The notes: generated from the letters alone by a model not told the origin. Positions 1-13,368 are shown, counted from the first letter of the stretch. The stretch is DNA of 64,000 nucleotides from Octopus sinensis (GCF_006345805.1 NC_043001.1:72850001-72914000); one strand, 5' to 3'. Translations and numbers: made by a program.

Positions 1-8
1 TATGTATA

Positions 9-2205
9 AAATCTTCTGGCAAGGTAACACGCTTGGAGTGGGGAGGTAAGCATAATCCTTGCAGAGAAATGGGTGGATAAGGTCATAGAGGTTGTCAGGG
101 TATGCGATAGAGTGCTAAGCTCAGGCTAGTCCTGTAGAATAGTATAGCAACAATTATCTCTGCCTACGTCCCACAAGCGGGACTACCAAATGATAAGTAG
201 GACCATTTTTATGATACCTCTCTACAGGCTACCTCAAAGACAAGTGGCAATGACCTAATCTTTGCGGCTGGATATTTTAATGGGCATGTTGGATGGCATC
301 TGGTATCTTCACTGATGTACACAGGGGCCATTGTATTGGTTCCCAAAACAAAGAGGGAACTAGACTACTGGAGTTCTGTGATGCATGTAACCTTTTAATC
401 TGCAACACTAACTTCAAGAAGCCAGACAGCCACCTGATGACCTATCAATCAGGTGGCTCTAATAGCCAGATTGATTTCATCTTCACCAGACAGCGGGAGG
501 CATAGTTACTCTTAAATACAAAAACCCTTTCAGGTGAAGAACATAGCCCCCAACATAGACTAGTCATTAGTGACTTTAGACTCGAGGCCAGAAGGATGCC
601 AAGAAGCAGACCAATCCAGAAAAGAAGTATTTGGAAACTAAAGAACCCTTCACATGGTCAGAAATTTAGGGACATCTTCATCAAGAAATCTGATGAGAGG
701 GAGGCGGTGCTACAGACTTTGGACATAGAGGGTAACCAGAAATTCCTATGGGACAGCTTACTGAGTGCCACAGACGAAATCTGCAGCTGGTGCAAAGTTC
801 CTTCCAGACCTAGAGTAACGTGGTGGTGGAATAATATGGTAGACAAAACCATTAGAACAAAGAAACAGGCTTGGAAAGCCTGGAAAAGTGATGGTAGCAG
901 GGAACTGTACCAGATAGCCAGAAGGGAGGCTGGGTGACAGGTATACATAGCCAAGGGAGAAGCAGAAAAGAAGTTTGCCAATGTCCAGCGATTTGAGGAC
1001 CAAAGAACTGAAGTATTTGGGATTGCAAGATAGTGTGTGAGAGAAAATTGTGATGTCACAGGAGAGAAATGCATCTGCATGGATGATGGTGCACTTGCTT
1101 TTAATGATTCTGTAAAGAATGAGACTTGGAGAAGCCATTATGAAAGACTGCTGAACGTGGAGAATGAATGGGAGGAAGAGAGTCTGCTTAATATTGACCC
1201 AGTAGAGGGACTAGCTATCCAAATAGACAGTACCCAACTAGATAAAGCAATTAAAGGTATGAAGCCAGGAAAAGCCCCCAGTCCATCAGGAATCACTGAT
1301 GAGATGCTTAAAACACCTGGTGGTGTGGGCTATGGTCTAATCACCCATATTATAAACCAGGCAGTTCATGATGGAGTCATACCCAATGACTGGCATAGCA
1401 GAACCATAGACAACTGCTACAAAGGTAAAGATGATGCTTTAAATAGAAATAACTACAGGGGTGTCAAACTACTGGATCAGGAGATGAAGGTCATGGAGAG
1501 GGTCATAGCCCAACTAATTAGGGAGAGAGTCTGCTTTGATGAGATGCAGTTCAGCTTTGTGTCAGGTAGAAGCACCACTGATACTATATTCCTGGTACGG
1601 TATCTGAAGGAGAAATACCTAGCCAAAGATAAACCCCTATACTTGACTTTTGTGAACTTGGAGAAAGCCTTTGACAGGGACCCCTGCTCCCTTATCTGAT
1701 GGGTGATGTGGAAAATAGGGATTGACGAATGGTTAATAAGGCCCTATACAGAGATGCCGTTAGTAAGGTTTGGGTTATCAATGAGTATAGTGAAGAATTC
1801 TGGGCAGAAGTAGGGGTCCACCAAGAATCAGCCCTCAGCCCCTTTTATTCATCATAGTCCTCCAGGCAATAACAGAGGAATTCAAGACAGATTGCCCCTG
1901 GGAGCTCCTCTATGCTGATGACCTGTCCCTCATAGAAGAATCACTACCAGAACTAGAGAAGGAACTTGAAGTGTGGAAGCAAGGTTTAGAGTCGAAGAGC
2001 CTTAGAGTCAATGTTACAAAGACTAAAGTTCTAGTAAGTAGGAAGGTGAACACATCACACACCTCTTCAGGTAGGTGGCCCTGTCGTTCTGTAGAAAAGG
2101 TGTAGGTAGAAACTCCATAAGATGTACCCAGTGTAAGCTATAGACACATAAGAGGTGCAGCAACATCAAAGGAAGATTTACTGGGAAGATAACTTTCACA
2201 AGCAG
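9..2205 (+). mobile_element. Degenerate RTE-clade LINE (APE endonuclease + reverse transcriptase), truncated
   Basis: ORF pieces contain EN motifs (GTRLLEFC, TYQSG..SQIDFI) and RT motifs (GKAPSPSGIT, NYRGVKLLDQ, LEKAFD). 'ctctatgctgatgac' (LYADD) at ~1908. Many stops and frameshifts. Confidence 0.93.
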
Positions 2206-2209
2206 AGTT

Positions 2210-2349
2210 TTGTGTCCAAAGAAGGACAGGTATGCATAAGTGGGCTGGCTACATCCCTGGTAAAGGTCATGGGTTATAGTCTCACTTGTCCTGCTGGGTC
2301 TTCTCACGCACAGCGTATTTCCAAAGGTCTCGGTCACTAGTCATTGCCT
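2210..2349 (-). mobile_element. Inverted fragment of the same RTE LINE family (ORF end/3' UTR)
   Basis: Reverse complement matches 'gaccgagacctttggaaata..ctgtgcgtgagaagacc..caggacaagtgag', seen on + at ~10580-10640 and ~38000-38060. Confidence 0.8.
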
Positions 2350-2849
2350 GTGTGTGTATGTATGTATATATATATATATATATATTCTATAATTATAAAC
2401 ATAATTATAATTAGGGGTCGGCTAACTGCCTCACCACATACCGAATTTAGAAATAGGAGTTAAAAATTCCTTCTCTGCTACCATAAGAATCTCCCAGACA
2501 GTAACACACATTGTTTTACGTAGGCAAAGAGAAAAATAATGGATCAACACGACTTCGATTAGCCATGAGTGTGTTTCAAGATTAAAGTATTTAATTTACT
2601 TACTTCCCATCATCAGTGTTGCATTTCCATTATAAAATTTGAAAGTGCTAGGGTTAAATACGCATACAATCGAGCAACATTGCACAACAGATATCCAACC
2701 AACACTTCCAAAATTTACACAGCCGAAAGGGAATACATATTTATCCCTTCTACCCACCTGTATGTTACAAGCAGTAACGCAGAAAACTACCTGCTACACT
2801 TCTCCATCTATCATCACTGCTGCAAAGTCCTGGATATATTTGAGGCCAG

Positions 2850-4646
2850 TGTCTGCAATCAAGTTGTCAATGCATGATGATGTTTTCCTCTGCTTACATT
2901 ACCATGAAGTGGGTTTCACAAGGCTAATTTGGATGCTCCCAGCTAGGGTGGTGCATGCAGTGATCAGATAGTTGCAGCTGTCTCTCTGTGAATATCTTGC
3001 TAACCTTCAGCAGGTCTCCATAAAGGCAATTCTTTTGTCATATGTCGCTTCCATTTAACATTTAGAGCCATTTGTCTCATTCTTGTGTTGTATCCATTTA
3101 ACCTATACTCTTTTTTTACTCTTTTACTTGTTTCAGTCATTTGACTGCAGCCATGCTGGAGCACCGCCTTTAGTCGAGCAAATCAACCCCAGGACTTATT
3201 CTTTGTAAGCCCAGTACTTATTCTATCGGTCTCTTTTGCCGAACCGCTAAGTGATGGGGACGTAAACACACCAGCATTGGTTGTCAAGCAATGCTAAGGG
3301 GACAAATACAGACACACAAACACATACACACACACATATATATATATATATACATATATACGACAGGCTTCTTTCAGTTTCTGTCTACCAAATCCACTCA
3401 CAAGGCATTGGTCGACCCGGGGCTATAGCAGAAGACACTTGCCCAAGATGCCACACAGTGGGACTGAACCCGGAACCATGTGGTTGGTTAGCAAGCTACT
3501 TACCACACAGCCACCCCTGCACCTATTTGATAATTTCTTTGCCAGTGTCCATATTTCATTGCCATATAATAGCACTGATTTAACAGTTGCAATGAATAGC
3601 TTCATTTTGATTTGTTGTTCCTGACTTTCTTTAGTTTGTAACAGGCTATCCGTGCTTGTGCCTTCCTGATCTTGATGTCTGCTTCCAAACTGCCCACCCA
3701 ACCACCTAAGTACTTGAAGTCTTCAACAACATTCAATTTGGAACCACTCAGAACAAACAGTTCAGTATCACTTGATTGGTTGAAAGACATGTATTCCTTT
3801 CCCATTATATTTGTGTACAGTCCTATCTTTGCAGCTGATGCTTCTACTCTGCTGAACAGCTGTTGAGCTTGATCTATTAGATATGAGTGATCTATTAGAT
3901 AAGAGTTCTGTATCATCTGCAAAGTCCAGGTCTGTGATGGTTGCTGCTGGCACTCTCCATGATCATTGCTAGTCTATAATGGAACCAAGGTCTTTGTCAC
4001 TGTTGTCTATTGGATTATGCATTGCATGATCCAATACAATTACAAACAGATATGGTGCAAGTGTATCTCCTTGTAGCACCCCAACAAGTATTTGAAAGAA
4101 TTCAGGGTGCCACAAATTGAGTGAAAGAGGGAAAAGCTGCTGGCCCTGATGAAATTCCCCCTGAAGTTATCAAGCGGTGTAATCTGGATGAAATAATACT
4201 AGATTTTGTGAATAAGCTCTTGCAGAACCAAGAAAGTCCAGATCAGTGGTCTGAGATTAACTTGATACCAATCCCAAAGTCAGGAAACCTCAGCAATGAA
4301 ACTAACTACACAGGAATTGTACTGTCCAATATTTCACTCAAAGTCATCAACTGAATGATCCTCAACAGAATTCAACAGGTGCTTGATAGCTATCTAAGAC
4401 CAAATCAAAATGGATTTAGACCAAGGAGAGCCACAACATCTCAGAACTTAGTTTAATCAAGACTGCTATCTACCATTATAACCTTCATGGACTTCAGCAA
4501 CAGGTTTGACAGTACCCATTGTCACAAAATATTGAAGGTCCTTCAAGCATATGGCATTCTAGACAAACTAGTTTATGCTATTGCGAAGACCTACATGAAA
4601 ACCAGAACTCATATGTTGTCATCTGATGGAGAAATGGAATTCTTTC
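2850..4646 (-). mobile_element. Old LINE RT fragment with inverted 5' segment (3' part on - up to 4103; 5' part on + 4105-4646), interrupted by a SINE
   Basis: Minus strand reads EFFQILVGVLQGDTLAPYLF...ITDLDFADD...VEDFKYLG. Plus strand reads KEGKAAGPDEIPPEV...LRPNQNGFR...DFSNRFDS...SDGEMEFF. Confidence 0.85.
3107..3524 (-). mobile_element. Abundant tRNA-headed SINE with internal microsatellite and (AAAGAGT)n tail
   Basis: Related copies at ~15370-15748(-), 21255-21600(+), 23075-23725(-), 27030-27460(+), 27895-28205(+), 46085-46245(-), 53610-53690(-). Shared core 'ccttgggcaagtgtcttct...gtgagtggatttggtagac'. Confidence 0.85.
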
Positions 4647-5184
4647 TGAATAACTGTCCCATATATGTTGGAATTTTACAAATTTTGTCAGGATTTTCCC
4701 TTTATTTCATGCATTACAAAACAATAAAGGGAAGCCTTTTAAAAATCTATGTCTTTTCAATGTTTGTCTCTCCCTTCACACAAACATACTCATCATACCA
4801 TTGAAACAACAACCACTAAAATGATATATTTTTCTTTTACATAATTTTCTGTCATTTTATCATATTCTACATTCTGAAACATTTGTAACTCATGTTGAAG
4901 AAAAACAATCTTACCCTCTCTTCCCTCCTTCATTGTACTTTTCACAATGAAGGAAAAGCCAAAAACTGCAAGTGAATGTGTGAGAAAAAGAATTTGAATT
5001 TTGGAAAGTGGATCTATAAAGTGACATTTTCAGTCATTTATTTAAACTTTCTCTGCTACCACATCAAATATAATTACATGTGATAGATATAATTTGCTAA
5101 CTTTCCAAAATTTGAAATCCTGGGCATGAGGGGGTCCACTGAATTTGAAGTACCCATGGGCCCCACTTGGTTTAAATCCGGTCC

Positions 5185-5816
5185 TATGTATGTCTATTTA
5201 TATACATATGTGTATGTATATACATATGTATATATATATATATGTATATGTTTATGTCCATATATATGTGTGTGTGTTTGTGTGTATATGTGTGTGTGTG
5301 TGTGTGTCTATGTATGTATGTAAATGTATGTGTGTATATATGTGTGTGTATATGTGTTTGTATGTGTATGTATATGTATGTGTATGTATGTATCTATATG
5401 CATGTATGTACATATATTTATATATATATATATATATATGCACCCACACATTTTCTTGTCATTCAAAGGTAACACATAGTACAGTTGTCTGGTCTCATTG
5501 TCCTGACGACTCATTCTCTTGGAACTTCTCACTCCACTAAAGTCTCTATTCATAGTAATTCTTCTATGAACTACTTCAAGCTATAACAAATATATCTGCA
5601 GCACTTAATTTTTTTTCTATATTTCTTCATTTACTTAGTTGTCTTTATCGTTTCTAACACATTTACATAGCTACACTCTGTGATATGAGTACACACACAC
5701 ACAATGTGTGTATTTATATTTATAGGTGTGTGTATATATGTGAGTATATATGTTTGTGTGTACATTTTATATATATATATATATATAATATATAGGTGTG
5801 TATATATGTTTGTGTG

Positions 5817-5874
<58 letters not shown>

Positions 5875-5905
5875 GATATATATATAATATATTATATATA
5901 TATAA

Positions 5906-5942
<37 letters not shown>

Positions 5943-5974
5943 GATATATATATATATATATATAATATATATAA

Positions 5975-6026
<52 letters not shown>

Positions 6027-6037
6027 TATATATATAT

Positions 6038-6072
<35 letters not shown>

Positions 6073-6243
6073 GATATATATATATATATGGTCACGTGTG
6101 AGCAATGAGAGAGAGAAAGAGGGGAGAAAGAGACACAGATAGAAAATGGTGAAGGAATGAGGGAGAAAAAGGAAATTAGAGAAGGATGGAGTAAGAAAAC
6201 AATATTGACATATTATTTATTATATATATATATTCATATGTAT

Positions 6244-6305
<62 letters not shown>
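5185..6305. repeat. (TA)n/(TG)n/(TATG)n microsatellite blocks with short unique spacers
   Basis: Directly visible; source of the YI/CV low-complexity ORFs. Confidence 0.95.
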
Positions 6306-6309
<4 letters not shown>

Positions 6310-8172
6310 CCCCCAGCCCATCAGGAATCACTGCTGAGATGCTGGTAGTGTAGGCTATGGCCTACTCACCCGCATTGTAAACCAGGTAGTTCATAATGGA
6401 GCCATACCCAGTGACTGGTGTAGCAGCACCATAGTCAACTGCTACAAGGGTAAAGGTGATGCTCTAGATAGAAATAACTACAGGGGTATTAAACTGTTGG
6501 ATCAGGTGACGAAGGTCACGGAGAGGGTCATAGCCCATCTCATTAGGGAGAGTCTGCTTAGATGAGTTCAGTTTTGTTCCTGGTAGAAGCACCACTGATG
6601 CCATATTCCTAGTTCGACAACTGCAGGAGAAATACCTAGCTAAAGATAAACCCCTCTACTTAGCTTTTGTGGACTTGGAGAAAGCCTATGACAGGGTCCC
6701 CCCAATCCCTTATCTGGTGGGCAATGCGGAAACTGGAGATTGATGAATGGTTAATAAGGGCTGTTCAGGCCCTATACAGAGAGGCTGTTAGTAAGGTTAG
6801 GATTGGCAATGAGTATAGTGAAGAATTCCAGGTAGAAGTAGGGTCCACCAAGGTTCAGCCCTCATTCCCCTTTTATTCATCATAGTCCTCCAGGCAATAA
6901 CAGAGGAATTCAAGACAGGTTGTCCCTGGGAGCTCCTCTATGCTGATGACCTGGCCCTCATAGCAGAATCACTACTGGAACTAGAAAAGAAATTTCAGGT
7001 GTGGAAGCTAGGTTTAGAATCAAAGGGCCTTAGAGTAAATGTAGCAAAGACCAAAGTTATAGCAAGTAGGAAGGGGAACTCATCACACACACCCTCAGGT
7101 AGGTAGCCCTTTTCGATCTGTAGAAAAAGTGTAGGTAGAAACTCTATAAGATGTACCCAGTGTAAGCAATGGATGCATAAGAGGTGCAGCAACATCAAAG
7201 GAAAATTAACCGAGAAGATAGCTTTTGTGTGTGGCAGAGGCACGGGGGCAATAGACATCACAGATACCCAGCAAACAGATTCCATCACACTCCAGGGGAA
7301 GAGACTAGAAGTAGTTGATAGTTTCTGCTACCTAGGTGACCAAGTTAGTAGTGGAGGTGGATGCTCAGAGAGTGTCACCACCAGAATACGAATAGCCCGG
7401 GGAAAGTTTAGAAAGCTTCTACCCCTACTGGTGACAAAGGGTCTCTCACTCAGAGTGAAAGGTAGATTGTACGACACATGTGTGCAAACTGCCATGCTTC
7501 ACGGTAGTGAAGCATGGGCTGTAACTGCAGAGGACATGCATAGGCTTGAAAGAAATTAAGCTAGCATGATCCGCTGGATATGTAATATCAGTGTGCACAC
7601 ACGAGAGAGTGTAAGCACCCTGAGAGAAATGCTGGGCATAAGAAGCATCAGATGTGGCTTGCAAGAGAGACATTTGCGCTGGTATGGTCATGTACTATGA
7701 ATGGATGAAGAGAGATATGTGAAGAAGTGCCACTCCCAAACAGTTGAAGGAATCTGGGGTAGAGGTAGACCCAGGAAGACATGGGATGAGGTGGTCAAGC
7801 ATGACCTTTAAATGTTGGGCCTCACAGAGGCAATGACAAAAGACCGAGATCTCTGGAGATGTGCTGTGACTGTGAAGATCCAACAAATAACGTGAGTTCA
7901 TGGCTGTTTCCTGCACCAGTTTCACATAGCAGCTCTAGCCCATCCAAAGTACCTTGGATTGCAGAATGGCCTGCTGTGCTTACCTTTGATTGTAGGGCAA
8001 CCTGCAGCACTTGAGGAGACCTATTGAGTCAAGTACATCAACATCAAAATAAAAGTCAAATGGAAATTGTCATTGTGATAACTGTGCCAGTGACACGTAG
8101 AAAGCACCAACCGATCGTGGCCGCTGCCAGCCTCCCCTGGCATGTAAAAAGCACCCACTACACTCACGGAGT
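6306..8172 (+). mobile_element. 5'-truncated RTE LINE (RT, Cys/His finger, C-terminus, part of 3' UTR), flanked by TA-rich microsatellite
   Basis: Colinear with the copies at 1270-2200 and 36450-38060. LYADD at ~6937, FCYLGD at ~7323, AMLHGSEAW. Confidence 0.93.
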
Positions 8173-8248
8173 GTGAATACGTGTATGTGAATATATGTAT
8201 ATATATGTATATATGTATATAGTTTAAAACTTGCAAAGAAGGTTTTGA

Positions 8249-8302
8249 AACCACCTGAAGAATGTCTCATAGAAGTGCTGACACAAAACGATCGTAGTGG
8301 TT
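8249..8302 (+). ncRNA. Minimal type I hammerhead-like motif with GAAA changed to AAAA
   Basis: AACCAC-CUGAAGA-A-UGUC..GACA-C-AAAA-CGAUCG-UA-GUGGUU: stem I 6 bp, palindromic stem III. Confidence 0.6.
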
Positions 8303-8396
8303 ATTTTAATTATATTTAATTTATATAAAATTTTTTATGTATTGGCTTAAGTCTTTCTTTGTTTGATTTGCATAATAGTGGTTTTGTCTCTAATTA

Positions 8397-8430
<34 letters not shown>

Positions 8431-8433
<3 letters not shown>

Positions 8434-9015
8434 CAGGCCTTCATATCCCTTTTGCAAACATCCTTGTAATGTAGGATCGGTCTACCCACAGACCTAGTAC
8501 CCCTAGCAAGCTCTCCGTAGAGTATGTCCTTGGGGATTCTGCCATCTTTCATACGGCTAACATGCCCAAGCCATCTCATACGTCTTTGTGTGAGGAGTGC
8601 AAACAGACATTACAAGGATGTTTGCAAAAGGGATATGAAGGCCTGCAACATCAACATTAGCGGTTGGGAGGCAGTCGCCGGCAACCGTGGAGAATGGCGA
8701 CGTACAGTAAAAGAGGGTATACAGAGGAGTGACAGAGAGAGAGAGGAGAAATGGAAAGAAAGGAAGAGACATAAACAAGAGACCATGGCACTACAACCAG
8801 CCAGGAACAGTCTTCGCTACATTTGCAGTACCTGCCAGAGGGAGTGTTTGTCCAGGATAGGACTACACAGCCACAGCAAGAAATGTAACAAGAAATAAAA
8901 TATAACAGCCGGACTAGACCATAAAAAAAAAATTTTTTTAAATTAAAGAAAAATTTTTTTTTTAAATGCGCAACTCCATTGTCTCCCGAGACAGAAAGGA
9001 TGCCAATACAATACA
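8431..9015 (+). mobile_element. 3' end of an RTE/BovB-like LINE with inverted 5' segment
   Basis: Minus 8431-8606 reads RWLGHVSRMKDGRIPKDILYGEL...GRP. Plus 8607-8898 ends in C2H2-type CSTCQRECLSRIGLHSHSKKC. 3' hairpin 'tgtctcccgagaca' and (CAATA) tail. Confidence 0.88.
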
Positions 9016-9056
<41 letters not shown>

Positions 9057-9916
9057 TAGATATATGAAAATATGTATATGTGTGTGTGTGTGTGTGTGTG
9101 TGCGTGTGTATATATATATATATATATATTAATATATGTATATGTTTTACAAACAACTGGCACATGCAAGTGCTACCAGTTGAAAACTCCACATACTGGA
9201 AGCCAGCAAGTGTATGGGGTCATCAGGATAGAATGCTTGCCATTTCAGGGCCAACCTTTCGATGGCATCAATGCCCACTGACCCCACCTCACTGGTATGA
9301 GGCCCTGCTTGCTAGATCCACTGGTTATCAAATAAAGCTCAATATTCTTCTAGCCATCTCTCATCATCTCTTTTTAACCAAATCCAGTGGCTAGCCTTTT
9401 CCACTTTAGTCTGGGTATCGGTCATAGTGGTATTTACTTTACAAAGAGTATATGTATATATTTATGTATGTATTTATATAAGTCTTTCATTTTGTGTGTG
9501 TATGTTTGAACATTCTCCTCTTGGCAAAGCATTTGTCTGTTTCTCTTTTTCTTTTCACATTGCTGCTTGTTCTTTAAACTCATGATCTGCTTTCTTATAC
9601 ACTCATATCCACTTTCTTTGGTTCCACATACACATACACACACACAAACACTCACTCACTCACTCACACACATGCACACACAAACACATACACTTACATG
9701 CACTCACTCACTCAGACATATCCACATATATACTCTCACATTTCTCTCTCTCTTTGTCTCTCTCTCCCTCTCTCACTCTCTCTCTCTATATATATATACA
9801 CACACCACACATGTGCACACACACACATACATACTCATTACACCCTCTTACTGCCTTCATGGGCAATGTTTACTATTGGATTCATTTGTGGTATTCTTAT
9901 CAGTAAGATAAGTATA

Positions 9917-9976
<60 letters not shown>

Positions 9977-10556
9977 ATACACACACATTTGTGTGTACGT
10001 GCATTAGATAAATATTATATAAATATACCTGCTAGATAAATATAATATTTTATCCATTTTACCAAGGTTCAGTGGATTGGCAGACATTGTAATGAATCAG
10101 ATAAAATCCCATATGGCATAATATATACCGTCTTTTCATTCCTAGTTCAAATGCTACTCTGGTTAGCTTACACTTCTACCATTCTAAGGTCTATAAAATA
10201 ACGAACCAGTTCAGTATTAGAATTGATTTTATGAACTATGCCTTCCATTACATCAGGGAATGATCTCTGGAGATTTCCTTGATAAACCCAGTGTGTAATT
10301 TCCATGGAATTTTCATGGAAGGATAACAGTGTGTTATGTTGTTGCTTTCACTCAGAATTACCAGTAGCTAACTCTGAGGGAGGAAGAAAGGGAAGAAGGA
10401 ATTGAACCCAGTATTTGATCGATTTATATATTTATCATCACCTGGAAAGATAAAAAGCAGAATTGACTTGGGCAGGATTTGAACTCAGAAGACAGATTTT
10501 TCAAGCAAATACTACAAGATGTTTCATTCAATGTTCTACCTACTTTGCCAAATCGA

Positions 10557-11200
10557 CTTTAGGTCTCACCGAGGAAATGACCAGAGACCAAGACCTTTGG
10601 AAGTATGCTGTGCATGAGAAGACCCGGCAGGACAAGTGAGGCCATAACCTGTGGCCCCTACCTGGGACGTAGTCAGTCCACCTGTGCATACCTTCCTTCT
10701 TGGGACACATAACTCTACTTGTGAAGACCTGTTGAAGCAAGTGAAAATCAAAATCGAAGAATCAAATCAAATCGAAATCGATCCACATCAATGGAATTTG
10801 TAGTTTGTGGTACCAGTGCCGGTGGCACATAAGAGAACCATCTGAACGTGGCCGTAGCCAGCACCGCATTGACTGGACTCCGTGCTGGTGGCACGTAACA
10901 AACACCATCCGATCATGGCTGTGCCAGCCCTGCGTGGCCTCCGTGCCGATGGCACGTAAAAAAACACCGTCCGAGCGTGGCCGTTCGTCAGCCTCATCTG
11001 GCACCTGTGTCAGTGGCACATAAAAAGCACCCACTACACTCACGGAGTGGTTGGCGTTAGGAACGGCATCCAGCTGTAGAAACACCGCCAGATCTGACTG
11101 GCCTGGTACAGCCTTTGGGCTTCCCAGACCCCAGTTAAACCGTCCAACCCATGCTAGCATGGAAAACGGACGTTAAACAATGATGATGATGATGATGATG
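10557..11200 (+). mobile_element. 3' end of RTE LINE (ORF end, repeated 3' UTR, (GAT)n tail)
   Basis: Matches 37975-38875 and ends 'ggacgttaaacaatgatgatgat'. Other 3' pieces at ~17408-17900(-) and 30284-30530(+). Confidence 0.88.
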
Positions 11201-12152
11201 ATATATATATTGTTGCATTTGGGATAGTCATGTTGCCAGTTTAGCCAATAAAAACACATGCACTATATATTTGCTGTTCAAATATTAATTGTAATTCGGC
11301 CAGAGTTCTTTCATCACACTTTTGTGACCTCATCAGTGTCCTTTGCTTTCTTCTTTCTTTTCTGTGTGTCTTTCCTTACTAATAATCAGCCATCTTTTAT
11401 TCCTATTGTATGTGTCTTTATTTACGCATGCGTATACCCCAGTGTGTGTGCATGTGGGAATGTGCCTGTATTATCAGTATCCCCTGTTTATACTAATTCC
11501 TTCAATTTGTTTTTATTTATTTTGTTCATTTGTTTATATCTACTTATTTTTTCTTTTCTTTATTTTTTAATTTTTTCTTGTATTTAATTTAATTTATTTT
11601 GTTAATGTATATAGTTATTTAATTCCATTTATTTATCTGTGTATTGTATTATATTATATTCATATTGTTATCAGTTTATGGGGATCTTATTCTGTCATAG
11701 GTTGTGGTGTGTTGAGGGTGTGTGTTAGTGTTCCATTCTAGTTTCCTATTCAGGCTAGGTTTATCCTCTATTATGTGTATAGCTTCTGCAATTTGTCTAA
11801 GCGTTGCGTCTGTTCTATGTGTGGACAAGATTTTAACTTCTATGTTGTTGAGCAAGCCCCCATGTTCCTGTTCGGCGTGCTGGTACAGAACCAGAGAGCT
11901 CTTCTCTTCCTTAAGTTCCCTCCAATGCTCATTTACCCACTCTCCTATGCTACGTGCTGTTTCTCCTATGTTCGTCATTTTCTTGTTACTGCACCGTTCC
12001 TCTGTACATCTTATACTATAGACTACATTCCTGGCTTTACAGTTTGTTTGTGGGCTAAATCTACATACAGGACAGTTCCTATCAGTACATATGTACAAAA
12101 GGGTATGAATAACCATAGGATTGCACTTAGAAAGCTCTCCTCTGTGGCACAA
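11200..12152 (-). mobile_element. Penelope-like element: GIY-YIG endonuclease remnant plus 3' region
   Basis: ORF 11676-12152 has CPVC..NCKARNVVYSIRC..NIGETARS...EH..LYQH..EAIHI....PSLN. Partial hammerhead core (CUGAUGA..GAAA) at ~11309-11336 on -. Confidence 0.85.
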
Positions 12153-12369
12153 GTCCAGGCAAGGTTGATAAGGAAAGATCAGCAGTCACCCATACATACC
12201 AGCCTTCTGTCTCCAGGCCACTGATGTTATCCAAGGGAAAGACAAAGGCTGATACAGCTTAGCACCAGTGACATTGCAACTCATTTCTGCAGCTGAGTGA
12301 ACTGGAGCAACATGAAATAAAGTATCTGGCTTAGAAACACAACACACAGCCTGGGCTGGAAATCAGCTT

Positions 12370-12590
12370 GTGCACAAACTCAAGAATGAATCAATTTCTT
12401 ATACTTTAAAGTGGGCCACAGTTACCTGTACTAAACTGTATACCGGCTATAACAACAAGTGCAATCTTTGCATAACTGAAGTCTTATCCATTATGCAGTC
12501 CACTGATTGTCTGAATGAATGCAATAGCATGATTTTTACATGCAGCCATAAATTATGTAACCTATTCTCAAAATACAAAGAGCAACAATC
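12370..12590 (+). mobile_element. Penelope-like endonuclease C-terminal remnant (second family)
   Basis: LK..SISYTLKW.....Y......CNLCITE...I......LN......CSH pattern, typical of PLE GIY-YIG C-termini. Its 3' flank appears to be split by the hAT at 13001. Confidence 0.6.
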
Positions 12591-13368
12591 CCTCACCTCT
12601 GTGTCCTTCCGTAACTTCCTCCCTGCCCTCATAGACATTCCTTTTAGTTACCCACATAATCACTAATCTTTAACCACCTCAATATCCCCTATAACTCCTT
12701 ATTTTCTATTTTCTATGACTGATTGATTGATTCTAGTTTCAGCTCACGAGCTGTGGCCATGCTGGGGCACCGCCATTTATCTATTTTTTTTATCATTCCT
12801 TACCTTCTATACCCTAAAAATTCTATTAATTTGCCTTCTTCCACATCCATCACCACCCACTTCCAAACCTATGCTAGATTATACAGTACACAGATGCATG
12901 CTCAACAATATATACTCCTTAATTCTTAGATTTTAGTCATTACTACCAGTGCGCCTCTTCTCTAGACTTTCAATTTTACTACTATACCATCTCTCTAAAC
13001 CAAGGTTTCCCAACCTTTTTATTGCCAGTGCCCAAACTTTTTTGTCAACACCCCACTGTCAAACTAAATTCCCAATAAGATACTGAATTCATCTTACATA
13101 GAAAGATGACAGGTATCATTGCAAAAGTAATTTTAATATTGTCTTAATTTCTGTTATAAATGCCAATGATAAAAATGCTAAAACAAACCAACTTTTACTT
13201 GATAGTTTATCCCAATGTTTTCAATGCGATGGTTGACTTTGATGCTTACTGTTTTAGGCTTTCACTCTATGTTCCATGCTGCTTAGAAGTAATCATAGAC
13301 CTCGGTTTGTAATTTACAGGCAGTTTCAGCTGATTTACTCTCCAGCCTTCATCAGGTTAATTGATACA

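Noticed and set aside
10815-11035. Regularly spaced GGCACGTAAAAA motif resembling a CRISPR array
   Set aside because: The spacers are homologous to each other, the context is a eukaryotic LINE 3' UTR, and there are no cas genes.
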